Positions 47,218-60,176 of a DNA stretch of 64,000 bases are shown here, in pieces (the stretch's first letter is position 1; each line of letters starts with the position of its first letter). The stretch spans positions 47,492,001 to 47,556,000 of the forward strand of contig OZ024751.1 in NCBI GenBank assembly GCA_964016885.1, given 5' to 3'. Under the pieces are notes generated by a model, which worked only from the letters and a program-made list of their open reading frames with translations, had not been told where the DNA came from and ran no database searches. The position numbers and the translations under genes are program-made. Source of the stretch: Eledone cirrhosa. Its lineage: Eukaryota.

Positions 47218-48048
47218 CCAAAATATCTGACTGAACACACGTTATTTTTCTCGAAAATTTTTTTTCTGTTTCTTTCGATTTTTACTCTTTCTTTCTCATT
47301 CTATCTTCTGTTGAAGAACACGTGGTCTCAAACTTTAAGAATCTTTTCCAGTTTATTTTCACTCTTCCAGTATTTCATAATAGTTCCGAAATCTACATAA
47401 CAGTTTATTTTCACTCTTCCAATATTTCATACAGTTCTAAATTCTTCATAACAGTTTATTTTTACTACTCCAATATTTCATAACAGTTCTAAAATTTATA
47501 TAACAGTTTATATTCATAATTCCAAAATATACTTAGTTTATTTTCACTTACCAATATCTTCACTATATTTCCTATTCTAGTAGCTAGTAGCAGTAGAAAT
47601 TCCTAACTTCTCAGATTATAAATTACACTATTACCACCTCAATCGACATCTATTTAGCAAAACTTTCGACGCCATTAACCTCTCGCGTGCGTGCTTTTTC
47701 TATTTCTCTGCTGTTTTAGTCTTAACTAAAGCTTGTATGTATTGCACCGTCATGTCAGCAGACACCCAGCCAATCACAGACTATCTTCCATCTGGCGTCA
47801 TCAGCTGTATAGCAATAATAACAGCATGCTTTCGTTCATCTCTAGTTTACAGAAAATTAGTTAGTTCTTCTTTCAGCCCAGTGAACCGACTTGACCTCCC
47901 AAAGCTAACGTTTATAATAATCAGCCGAAATAAATCATTATAGGAATCCAGTACTGTTTCTAGAGTTCTCTAACACCAACTGATGATTGTATGTGCATAT
48001 ATGTATGTGTTAGTATGAGTGGTGGATATGACTGTATGTATGTGTGTT

Positions 48049-48139
<91 letters not shown>

Positions 48140-48322
48140 ATCATGCCTTTATTTTTAAATTTTCTCATTCCTTGTATTTTGATCATGCTTTATTTTTATT
48201 TATTATTTATTATATTTTTGTCTTTATTTGTTAATTTTTCATTCGCACCGTTTCCTTTCGCTATATGTCTCTCCACCACTCCTCTACACACCTTTTGAAC
48301 TCTGTTCCCACACACTTCTCAC

Positions 48323-48353
48323 CTGAAGAAGGGCTTATGCCCGAAACGTCGTC
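48323..48353 (+). ncRNA. Hammerhead core with no visible stem I, in a TA-flanked fragment (about 48135-48440)
   Basis: CTGAAGA-a-gggc(ttat)gccc-GAAA-CGTCG-TC; the flanks do not pair; AATAAA lies downstream. Confidence 0.5.
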
Positions 48354-48631
48354 CCCCACCTACCCCCCACTCTCCTGAGCGTGAATTTAATAAACATTTA
48401 TCGTACTGCCTCTCTGTTCTGTCCCTGTTCAATTTTTCATTATATATATATATATATATATACGTGTATATACGTATTAGATATATTATTTAAGTGGTGA
48501 AGCAATTATCTGTACGGTTTGAGAGATATCTGGTGCAGAGCTGAGAGTTACTTCTATCTCAGGTCATTGAGAATAAAGTATTTCGGACAGCAGTTACATA
48601 AGAACACACACATATATATATATATATATAT

Positions 48632-49315
48632 CCTGTTTTATTGATAGCGCACTGTATCTCTCTCTAGTGTGTTACCTTTTCAACATATTGTATTTTAAAG
48701 AGCTCAGGATTTCCTCTCCTTTGAGCACATTATTTACAGGGAATGGCGAGAGTCTAATGCTCCGTTAATTTATCGTAATATTTCGCTCCTTTTAACAGTC
48801 TTTCCTCTCTCTCTGTTTGGTTGAGCACACTTCTCTGAGTGGTTTGGGGCTGCCCTTTCTAGCAGTTCGTCCCTCAGAGGCCACTGGTTCACTGCCCTTA
48901 AACACGCTGTGACTTCTCTCTCCCACGTGTAGCTGGACAGTCACTTTAAAATTCTCTTAGTGTTGTCTGAAATGTATAGCCTTACACACGCTGAAGAACC
49001 GGGGTTATTTCATTTCTGTCAACAACTTACTGGCGAAACAGATTTCTTTGGATTTGTACGTGTGTTATATAGTTATAGAGGTATTTATTTACGCTTTAAT
49101 TTATACTTTTAATTATCGTGTCTTTAGTCTGCCTTTCATAGATTATAGATTCCATACACTGGTGGTTTTTCCCTGTTTTATTGATAGCGCACTGTATCTC
49201 CCTCTAGTGTGTTACCTTTTCAACATATTGTATTTTAAAGAGCTCAGGATTTCCTCTCCTTTGAGCACATTATTTACAGGGAATGACGAGAGTCTAATGC
49301 TCCGTTAATTTATCG
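48632..49315 (+). mobile_element. (TA)n-flanked direct-repeat element (540-bp period) with an internal HHR; retrozyme or tandem pseudo-LTR-like
   Basis: 48632-48775 recurs at 49172-49315 with about 2 substitutions; HHR at 48984-49065; no credible ORF. Confidence 0.8.
48984..49065 (+). ncRNA. Full type I hammerhead inside a direct-repeat element
   Basis: acacacg-CTGAAGA-accggggtt...aacttactggc-GAAA-cagat(ttctttgg)atttg-TA-cgtgtgt: perfect 7-bp stem I, stem III of at least 6 bp, GTA site. Confidence 0.85.
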
Positions 49316-49352
<37 letters not shown>

Positions 49353-49762
49353 CAGATACATACACACAGACACAGTCACCCACACACACACACATATACA
49401 CATATATATATACATACAGATACATTACACAGACACACACACACACTCTGACACATAAGAAAACATAAAATACACAAGGGGCGGGTGGAAACACCTCTGA
49501 ATTAGTTTAGCCCTTTCCACTCTAAAATGGCCAGAAAACCTCGATATGCTATAAACATAACATGTACATAAATTGTAGCGCATATCCAAATAGATGTGTG
49601 TTTGGGTATTTTGGGGAGAAAATATAATTATTGGAGGGTGAATGCCCCCTTCCTCCCCAGTTCCACTGCCACTGAGTATATATAATTAAAAAAAATTATG
49701 CTCTGTGCCCATTCCTAAGGGGTTAATAAATCGAGTTTCGCATTTGGTAAGAAACTGGTATT

Positions 49763-49962
49763 ATACCCAATTTATTCATCTCCTGTGTATGTGCGTGTGT
49801 GTGTTTATCTTTATCCTTTATATATATCGATACCTATCTATATGTGTATGTATATATATATATATACATATATACATACACATATAGATAGGTATCGATA
49901 TATATAAAGGATAAAGATAAACACACACACGCACATACACAGGAGATGAATAAATTGGGTGT
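49763..49962. repeat. Inverted repeat with arms of about 95 bp; no hammerhead seen
   Basis: acccaatttattcatctcctgtg...acctatctatatg pairs with its reverse complement around a TA-rich centre. Confidence 0.8.
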
Positions 49963-49971
49963 AATACACGT

Positions 49972-50064
<93 letters not shown>

Positions 50065-50265
50065 ATTTAGATATATATACATACAGAAGAACGTATATTA
50101 TATTATATTATATATATATATATATAATTGTTTCTACTCTTGGTACAAGGCTAGCAATTACCCAGTGCATTACTAGTACTTTATTTTATCGACTCCGTAA
50201 TTATAAAAGGCAAAGTTAACCTCGGTATTTCATCCTTACGGGGTCGATATATATATATATATATA

Positions 50266-50575
50266 TAGTTATGTAATAAACAACATAAGGCAATTATTCC
50301 ATTTACCAGTGGTTTCTTAAAAGCAAAAAATGTTGCTTTCAATCATCAGAATGAAAAAATCCTGGTCTGTTTATTGAATTTGGATTTTTTAAAAATCCAA
50401 ATTCAATAAACAGACCAGGATTTTTTCATTCTGATGATTGAAAGCAAAATTTGTTGCTTTTAAGAAACCACTGGTAAATGGAATAATTGCCTTATGTTGT
50501 TTATTATATAACTATTAAGCTCTGTTACCTACATAGAGCACTCTTTTTTCCTGGATTTTCCGACGGAATTACTTC

Positions 50576-50580
<5 letters not shown>
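50266..50580. mobile_element. (TA)n-flanked fold-back element, family I (inverted repeat 50266-50514)
   Basis: Arms of about 120 bp with an HHR in each. The tail is homologous to 1-135, 29080-29107 and 58446-58530. Confidence 0.88.
50425..50482 (+). ncRNA. Type I hammerhead, family I (mirror copy 50298-50355 on -)
   Basis: ttcatt-CTGATGA-ttgaaagcaa(aatttg)ttgcttttaa-GAAA-cc(act)gg-TA-aatgga. Confidence 0.85.
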
Positions 50581-50629
<49 letters not shown>

Positions 50630-50707
50630 ATATCAGCATTTCTACTGCCTCTTCGCTTCCACGTTGTTTTTTTTTGTTTTTTGTATATATATACATATGT
50701 ATATATA

Positions 50708-50781
<74 letters not shown>

Positions 50782-51332
50782 TGTGTGTATACGGGGTTCA
50801 TTGGAAAAGTTAGGAATTTACAGCCGGGTGAATTGATTCTAAAAGGTGTCTTTGTCCATTGGTGACGGAGAATGTTCGATGCCTCGGACAGAACACGAAC
50901 CACTGATCGTTGTGGCTGTCTCCCAATAACCTATCATCTCATCAACCCGAATCATCTTTGTCTGTTTGATATCAGTGTAAGAGATCGATAGATCGCTTGT
51001 TAAATACTTTTAGTTGTTATGGTGAATCGAAAGATTATTCCAAGAACAACATTGTGTATGATTTCTTAGTATGTGTCTGTGTGTGTGTGTGTGTGTTCAT
51101 ATGTATGTGCTGTGATTGTGTGTGTGTGTGTTTGTATGTGTGTATGTATGTGTCTGTGATTGTGTGTGTGTGTTTGTATGTGTGTATGTATGTGTTTGTG
51201 ATTGTGTGTGTATGTGTGTATGTGTGTATGTGTGTGTGTGACATTTAATCAATGATTGCCATTTGTTCCGAAAATGATAAGCTCGCCTGATAAAGGAGCA
51301 ATTAAATACACACATGCAAGTACACCACTCAC

Positions 51333-51379
<47 letters not shown>

Positions 51380-51429
51380 CATATATATATATCTATATAT
51401 ATATATATATACATACATATATCTATATC

Positions 51430-51478
<49 letters not shown>

Positions 51479-51490
51479 ACATCGATGTAC

Positions 51491-51526
<36 letters not shown>

Positions 51527-51541
51527 GGATGTACGTATACA

Positions 51542-51573
<32 letters not shown>

Positions 51574-51632
51574 CACACACATATATATATACATGGATGT
51601 ACGTATATATATACATACACACACAGATGTAC

Positions 51633-51698
<66 letters not shown>

Positions 51699-52114
51699 AT
51701 ATATATGTATATATATATATGTATATATATACATATATATATATATGTAATATATAAGAACAAAAGATGGTTAAAAGAGTTCCATGTATTTTATTATGCG
51801 CATTTCAAAAACAAATATCATCATGCAATAATATTTGTGTTTTCATGAGATAAAACATGAAGACATGATATGAAGGTTAAAAAACACTTGTGGATAGTTC
51901 GGTTTTAAATCAACATATATCAACATTTGAAATGCGCATAATAAAATACATGGAACTCTTTTAACCATCTTTTGTTCTTATATATTATGTATACTCCAGT
52001 CCCACAAACTGTAGAGTGCTTATTATCCGATATCTGCATTGCTTTATTGTACTACAGTAAAACTCACCTCCTACATATATATATATGTATATACATATAT
52101 ATATATATATATAC

Positions 52115-52153
<39 letters not shown>

Positions 52154-52233
52154 CGTACATATATATGTACATACATATATATATAAATTTGTATATGCAT
52201 GTATAGGTATGTATGTATGCATGTATAGCTATG

Positions 52234-52267
<34 letters not shown>

Positions 52268-52514
52268 TGTATGTATGTATGTATGTATGTATGTATGTAT
52301 GTATAGCTTGTCATGTAACACAAATAGTGATTTGTTCAATATAACATTTCCTCTTCCAATGTTAGAAACATTTATTCTGTCTTGATAGATGATATTTGAA
52401 TAATTAAGCTGTGTTTGTATCATTTCAGTTTAGCTTTGGTTTATCTAAAAAGTGATCGATCTTTTGTCGTAATCACTTCTCTTTTATATCGATACGACGT
52501 TACAAATATCATGG

Positions 52515-53660
52515 AAGGTCATTATATCATCTACCTATGAAGCAGGATGTCGTTGCCATGACACTATACAATGTAGTCTGTAGATAGGATAGTCCTTAGA
52601 TAAAAAAAAAAAATCAAATGTTACATTGAAGGAGAGAACATATGAATACATAATATAAAAGAGTACTGTTGGATTTTTCTTGTCAAAACACCAAAATGCA
52701 AACATAACAGACCAGAAAAATATTGAAATAATGTAGATGACATAACTAGTAACAACAGTAATAATTCACATTCTGTCTTCGTCAACATCCAAAACATAAA
52801 CATACACATACCGACCATAATTAAATATGGAATGATACGCGATGCCCCCCCCCCCCCACACACACACAGCCCCGGCGGCCAGAATGGAGAAGGCGTTTTC
52901 CCGGAGAACGGCAAGGGAGACGCGCTGGAAAAGCCACTCCAACTCGCGGGGCTTAGCGCCTATGGTAGTGAGTAGGGAGGCAGCCCTAGGGTCGAGGACA
53001 CCAGAAGTCTCCACTGCAACCGCAAACCTGTCGGAGAGCGACCGGTATTTGAGGAGTTTAGCCTCCTCAGCCCGACGTGCGGCAGAACCCGGGTTAATCG
53101 CAGATTGCACCAGGTTGCGGCGGCTGCAGAAAGTGTCGGTGCAAGTGGCATCCCAGACGAGGGGTTTGTCATCTGGCCTTTTGCCGTCCCCTCGGTCCAG
53201 CCCAGATATAGTGATATGGGATAGAGAAAAGAAGGCAGGCATAGTAGTAGAAATCAGCTGCCCAGCAAATGTCAATATAAGGCTAAAGATTAGCGAAATG
53301 GAGTATATTTATGCTGAACCAATAAGGTATCTGCAGATTTTTCACCCTGATTTTTCAGCCGGTACTTTGTTCTGGGGCCCAAGATCTAAGAAGACCCCAC
53401 AGCAACCATGCAACATCCATTTTGAGAAACATCTTTGCCTGCTTCGGGCCCCAAAGGGGTCTTGTACCACCTTGTAAAATTTCTCTTAGAGACCCTGGTG
53501 ATCATTGTGACTCTTGGATATGTTACTAACTGTCTCAGTATAAATCCTGAGAAGCTGGGATTCACAGAACCAGAAAGAGCAAGGCTAGTTAGGAAGTTGT
53601 AAGTACAGCCCATTAATGGAACTGTAAAAATTTGTAAAATATTTCAGAAATTAAGCATTC
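52515..53660 (+). mobile_element. Degraded R4-like RLE fragment interrupted by other sequence
   Basis: Decayed homology to 7573-8100 at 52515-52715; resumes at about 53198 (PDIVIWDREKKAGIVVEISCPANVN) and at 53495-53660. Confidence 0.75.
52868..53197 (-). mobile_element. CRE-clade-like RLE retrotransposon 3' fragment
   Basis: GC-rich; GLDRGDGKRPD..LVWDATCTDTF...AARRAEEAKLLKY...VAVETSGVL...WLFQRVSLAVLRENA, the RPD..D..K..KY..ET.G pattern of CRE-type endonucleases. Confidence 0.78.
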
Positions 53661-53959
53661 AGCACTGACCAAGGTGTCACCTAATGGGGCTGAAACTAAA
53701 ACCTCGTGGTTTCAAAGCGAAATTCTTAATTTACACACCCATGTTAGCGTGTGTATATATATATATATACAACAGATGTACCATAACGCACCAGAGTACT
53801 CGATACTTAGGGTAGTAGAGTGGGTAATACATAGTTCGGATCTAGCTGTCGAAACGGCCGGAGTGCAGCCGTCGGGGTCTTGACTATTTTCCTATATATA
53901 TATATATATAAATGAGACGTATAGAGATTGTTTTAGCAAGAAGCTAACGGCATTCTATA

Positions 53960-54032
<73 letters not shown>

Positions 54033-55425
54033 GTATATTATATATACATATGTTTCTTTGCAATATGGATCCTATATATAGAAACATATTTTCATACACA
54101 CATGATTATAACAATATAATTTCTTGCAGACATTGATGCCTGTAATATTTTTTTATAAGTAAAAACAAAACAAAAATGCTTTCAAATAATAAATTTGGGA
54201 AATGTGTTCATACAAATTTACCTACATACACGAGTTCTTTCTCGATATTAGTGATTATAATAAGAGTCCTTATTATAAAATATATTTAAATTGAAACCAT
54301 GTAAGTATATAATTACTTTCATACATAAATATATATATTTTTTCTGTATATTCGTATTCACGATAGTCATTATCACACAATACATTGAAAGTTGGTCCGC
54401 AAATGTAGAGATATATTCTGTCTTACAGGCACGACGATCTATAGTAACTAAATTTCTATCAGTATATTGTAAGTCACTATAAGTATTATCACAAAATACA
54501 TACAAATACAATCCTTATATGTAGAGAAATACATTGACATACGCACAGAAGTATATGATAACTCAATTTCTATCAGATGGTGGTAGCTATAATAATAGTA
54601 ATCGTTACAAGATAGTTTGAAATACTTATCACATATCTAGGGATATTACATAGAAATTACAAATAAGTACATTGCTACTAAATTTCTTTCAGATATTGGA
54701 AACTATAATAATAGTAAGTAGTACCAAATATATTATATGATCGACTAATAACGACATATATGTAGTAAAATAAATACATTTACTGGTGGCTGAAGTAAAA
54801 TAAATTCTAGTAGAATAAACATCTGGTGACAAAATGGCGTCATTTGAGTGTTGGATGAAAATGCTTTGCTCTATTTACTACGGTTGACTGCACTCCGTGT
54901 TCAAATCCCGCCTATGTAAAACATATTTTGGTCGATAAAAGCAGTAGCTATTCTAGGTCGTGGATTGGCGGAATTGTTAGAGAGTCGGACATGGTGTCTT
55001 GCGCTATCACTTACGTCCCTTTGTCTTCTGAATTCTCCTGCAACGTCACTTGTTTCAAGCTATATCAGCTTTTGCCTTTTCCTTGAACAACATCAGTGGT
55101 ATGGAGAGGGGAGTATTGCATGCTGGTCTTCTAAGGAAGCAAACAAACAAAAGCAACAAAAAAAACAAAAAAAACATGCCCAGGCCTGCGTAAAGGAGAG
55201 TAATTTTCCATGTTTCAAACACGTGATCAGTCATGTCCTCTGTAAAACATCGGACAGAAGGTGGAAATATCATCAAGCGAAGTGTGTATCTATGGACTCG
55301 TAACTCTTGATTGAGTCGTAGGCGCACCGTAGTTTTAGGTATTTTAAACCTGGCGGAGCTCATTCCTCACCAGGTCTGAACACACACTTTCTTTCAGTGA
55401 AGGTGAGAGAGAGGGAGAGAGATAA

Positions 55426-55500
<75 letters not shown>

Positions 55501-55505
55501 TATGC

Positions 55506-55594
<89 letters not shown>

Positions 55595-55708
55595 TGATGG
55601 TAGCTAAGATGCTTCCATAGGCGGTATGACGGTTGAGCACTCTATGCTCTTACAGAGCAGAGTATGATAGAATAGAAAACGAAATCACTGATTTTTCGTA
55701 TTCTATTC

Positions 55709-55825
<117 letters not shown>

Positions 55826-56849
55826 AAAGACATAGGAAAAAATAGGTGGGATTTGAACTCAGAACCCAGAAAGTCGGAATGATTAACGCAAACCATTCTA
55901 TCCAACGTTCTGAAAACTAGGTCAATTCTTCGCCTCCATTAATCATTCAATCCCGCCGAGGTTAACTTTGCCTTTCATCCTTACGGGGTCGATCAAATAA
56001 AGTACCAGTAACATACTGGGATAATTGCTGGCCTTGTGCCAAAAGCAGAAACAATTAATCATAGAACACCTTGTTAATCCAAATACCTATCTTACGTTAA
56101 GACTAAATATATTTTAAACACATACATTTTGACATATTGATTTTATCAGTTTCTTTCACCGTGTGGTGTCCTGCCTAATTAATTTTGTTCACTTGCGGCC
56201 AAACATACACCAACAGCTGTGAAGCATCTATTAAACCGAGCCAACGCTGGCGCCTCAACGTGGCCAATTGATAAGCTAGAAATAGCAACCAGATTTCAAT
56301 AAAGTCTCACTTTAACCTCTTAGAAAAAAAGGATGACACATTGCACATAGGAAATATAGATATAGAATTTGATCGAAAAGATCCCAGACTTCATCCACTT
56401 ACCGAATGGAAGTGGAACACGTCAAATCGGACCAAAGGGACAATGTTTCCATTTATCTTTCCATTGCTGATAATATCTACCAGTCGTAATACGACCTGTT
56501 CAATCAGGGTTGGCCTAGCTTTAAGCAACAACTACAATCATATTAAATTATAAACAGAGTATTTTGGAACTAGATAAGAGCCTATATGTCTATATGTGTT
56601 GGTCACTTCTAAACATGTCCCTTAGAGTCGTAAATCGCCTGTGATCTCAATCATTACTTTGCCAGGCGGTGCCGCTTTACTGTCAGCGAGGATTCTATAA
56701 ATTTAATATTATTTGTCATCAACACATCGCCTAAAACATGGATATTTTTACAAGAGGAATTTAATCAACTTCCTCACTCTACTGTGTTCTTTCTACATAG
56801 ATGACTCCATTGCTTCTAGCCAAATAATTTTGTGGAATGCACAAAGACA

Positions 56850-56930
56850 ACTCCTCCTCCTGCTCCTGCTCCTGCTCCTCCTCCTCCTCCTCCTCCTACT
56901 ACTACTACTACTACTACTACTACCCCCACC

Positions 56931-56995
<65 letters not shown>

Positions 56996-57455
56996 CAACA
57001 CCACTACTACTATCACCTCCATTACTACCACCAGCACTCCACCAGCACTTCACCACAACCTCCATTCCACCAGCACTTCATCACAACCTCCACTCCACCA
57101 GCACTTCACCACAACCTCCACTCCACCAGCACTTCACCACCACTTCGCCACAACCTCCACTCCACCAGCACTTCATCACAACCTCCACTCCACCAGCACT
57201 TCACCACAACCTCCACTCCACCAGCACTTCACCACCACTTCGCCACAACCTCCACTCCACCAGCACTTCATCACAACCTCCACTCCACCAGCACTTCACC
57301 ACAACCTCCACTCCACCAGCACTTCACCACCACTTCGCCACAACCTCCACTCCACCAGCACTTTATCACAACCTCCACTCCACCAGCACTTCACCACAAC
57401 CTCCACTCCACCAGCACTTCACCACCACTTCGCCACAACCTCCACTCCACCAGCA
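56850..57455. repeat. CCT/CTA microsatellites followed by a 27/27/39-bp composite minisatellite
   Basis: ctccaccagcacttcaccacaacctcca variants in a higher-order pattern of about 93 bp. Confidence 0.85.
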
Positions 57456-58130
57456 CACAAAAAAACTGAAATGTCAATTACCATCGCTAACAAAGCATCA
57501 AAGAGCCACCAAATATCACGAGAACAACACAAAAAGGAAAATTCAATGATTCTACTCAAAATGGCGTTTTAAATAAATATTTGTCGCAATAAGTTAAATT
57601 AAAACGACTTTAGGAATTTTATCTGAAAGAAAAATCGATTGAAAAATGAAAGCCCCCCCCCCCCCCCCCCCTAAAAAAAAATGGAAAGAAATTGAAAGAA
57701 TTATAACACTGAACCAGCAATAAGAACGGTTGTATATTGGCACAGTAGAATGTTCCAGAATAATACTTATTTATATAAAAAATACAGAAGAACGGTGGTA
57801 AAAATTAAGATTGATGTTATTCAAATATATATTCTTAATGAAGAAAGCGAGAAAAACAAATGCCGAGCAAATATTTGGCTTGATTGTTTAAAACAGAAAT
57901 TTAACAAACAGATGATATTTTAAACATATGTCTATTTATTTATCCATCTAACTTACTTTTTATTGTATTCTTATTTCTTATGTATACATGTATGTATTGA
58001 CCTACAACGCTAGATGGAGTCGTAGAGGCAATATCCTGACTTGTGTTGGCGTCATGTCTTGGGCACTTTTATACTGGGTGGAAAGTCGCTTTCTTCGAGA
58101 GAGAGAGAGTGAGAGAGAGAGGGAGAGAGA

Positions 58131-58204
<74 letters not shown>

Positions 58205-58389
58205 TAGGGAAGAAGTGAGAAAGAAACAGACGAAGAATCGATCTCGATACTCGTATGGTTCTTTATTTATCGATCTCGATGGGTTTTGAATTGTAGAAAA
58301 CTGGAATGGATATCGTAAAACGTTCTATCTGAGGTTTTAACGACTGTGCCTCATGTATTATTATACGCACATCACTCTGCCTGTCTCTG

Positions 58390-58451
<62 letters not shown>

Positions 58452-58525
58452 TGTAGTTATGTAATAAACAACATAAGATAATTATTTCATTTACCTTTCC
58501 TTTGCCTTTCCTACGGAAATACTTC

Positions 58526-58559
<34 letters not shown>

Positions 58560-58562
<3 letters not shown>

Positions 58563-59582
58563 GAAGTTCTATTTAAATTGTTGGGACACAAGCAAATATT
58601 TTTATAACTGATATAAAGCACTCAACAAATTATTGGAGCAAAAATTCAATATATTAACAAATGGAAACTATATTTATAAAACCATATTTATTTCATTATA
58701 CATATTTCAAGGACACTAAGTTAAATTATGGTGTGCTTTCATCAGATAAAATATAATATAGAGCAGTTTTATAAATAAATATTGACATAAATAAATGCGA
58801 CCATTTCTGTTGGAAGCTCCCGGATAGTGGGGTTATAAATTTATTTATACTATTATGTAAATTAGTTTCGGATATTTTTAAATCAGAGTAGATTTAAATA
58901 AGCCGTTGAGTTATGGAGAAAGAGAGAGAGAGAAAAAAAGAGAGAGAAAAAAGAGAGGGAAAAAAGAGAGATAGAAAAAAGAGAAAAAAGTGCAAACTCT
59001 AAGAGGAAAATAAGAAAAGGAGAAAGAGAAGAAAAAAGAAAAGAGAAAGTGAAAGCTCTAAGTGATAGGTTGTTGTATTAGCTTAATATTTAAATATTTA
59101 TTCTTTCACTTCATCTCAAAAGTTAAGCTAATACAACAACCTATCACTTAGAGCTTCCGCTTTCTCTTTTCTTTTTTCTTCTCTTTCTCCTGTTCTTATT
59201 TTCCCCTTAGAGTTTGCTCTTTTTTCTCTTTTTTCTCTTTTTTCTCTTTTTTCTCTTTTTCTATCTCTCTTTTTTCTCGCTCTTTTTTTTTCTCTCTCTC
59301 TCTTTCTCCACAACCCAACGGCTTATTTAAATCTACTCTGATTTAAAAATATCTGAAACTAATTTACATAATAGTATAAATAAATTTATAACCCCACTAT
59401 CCGGGAGCTTCCAACAGAAATGGTCGCATTCTTTAAGGGTATGTCAATATTTATTTATAAAACTGCTCTATATTATATTTTATCTGATGAAAGCACACCA
59501 TAATTTAACTTAGTGTCCTTGAAATATGTATAATGAAATAAATATGGTTTTATAAATATAGTTTCCATTTGTTAATATATTG
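58560..59582. mobile_element. Large (TA)n-flanked fold-back element, family A (arms of about 440 bp)
   Basis: 58647-59086 against 59122-59582, with several substitutions and small indels between the arms. Includes a CT/AG-rich UTR-like segment and the HHRs. Confidence 0.88.
59476..59540 (+). ncRNA. Minimal hammerhead, divergent family A (mirror copy 58689-58753 on -)
   Basis: tattttat-CTGATGA-aagcacac...gtgtcctt-GAAA-TATGTA-TA-atgaaata; stem II carries compensatory changes relative to the 23037 copy. Confidence 0.85.
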
Positions 59583-59798
59583 TATATATATATATATTTT
59601 AGTACAGCATTAATGAAGCTTTAGTTTGCGGCCAAGCTAACGAATGCAAATTCGGTATGTGGCTTTAGCACTCGAATGGGAATAGTACCCCAGAGTAATA
59701 ACAATACGTTTAGACAGCTTAGCAAATCAAATATAGCGATCGGCAGTCCAGCCGCATTACCACAGCAAAGAAAATACAGGACCCAGGAAAAGATTTTA

Positions 59799-59829
<31 letters not shown>

Positions 59830-60125
59830 ACGAAGGAGTTGTGGTAAGGAACCAAATGGACCATAACGCACTCAATACTTAGGGTAGTAGAGTGTGTAAT
59901 AGGGAAAAAGTATGACCCCGACGGCAGAGCTCAAGCCGTTTCGACGGCTATTTCTGGAGTCCAGAAATAGCCGTCGAAACGGCTTGAGCTCTGCCGTCAG
60001 GGTCATACATTTTACTATATATATATAGTAATAATAATAAATGCGAAGACTAAAATCCAAAGACGGCTCGGTTGCACGTTTTTCGAAATATTTACTTCTG
60101 CGTTCACAGATTGATTTTTTTTTTT

Positions 60126-60176
60126 AGTTTCAGAAGATCACGTTAAGCGTGAAAGCAGCGATTCTTTGCTTAAACT
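60126..60176 (+). ncRNA. Hammerhead-like motif with a CAGAAGA core, family F (second copy 3908-3956 on -)
   Basis: agttt-CAGAAGA-tcacgttaagcgt-GAAA-gcag(cgattct)ttgc-TT-aaact; stems I and III pair, core position 4 is A rather than U. Confidence 0.55.
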
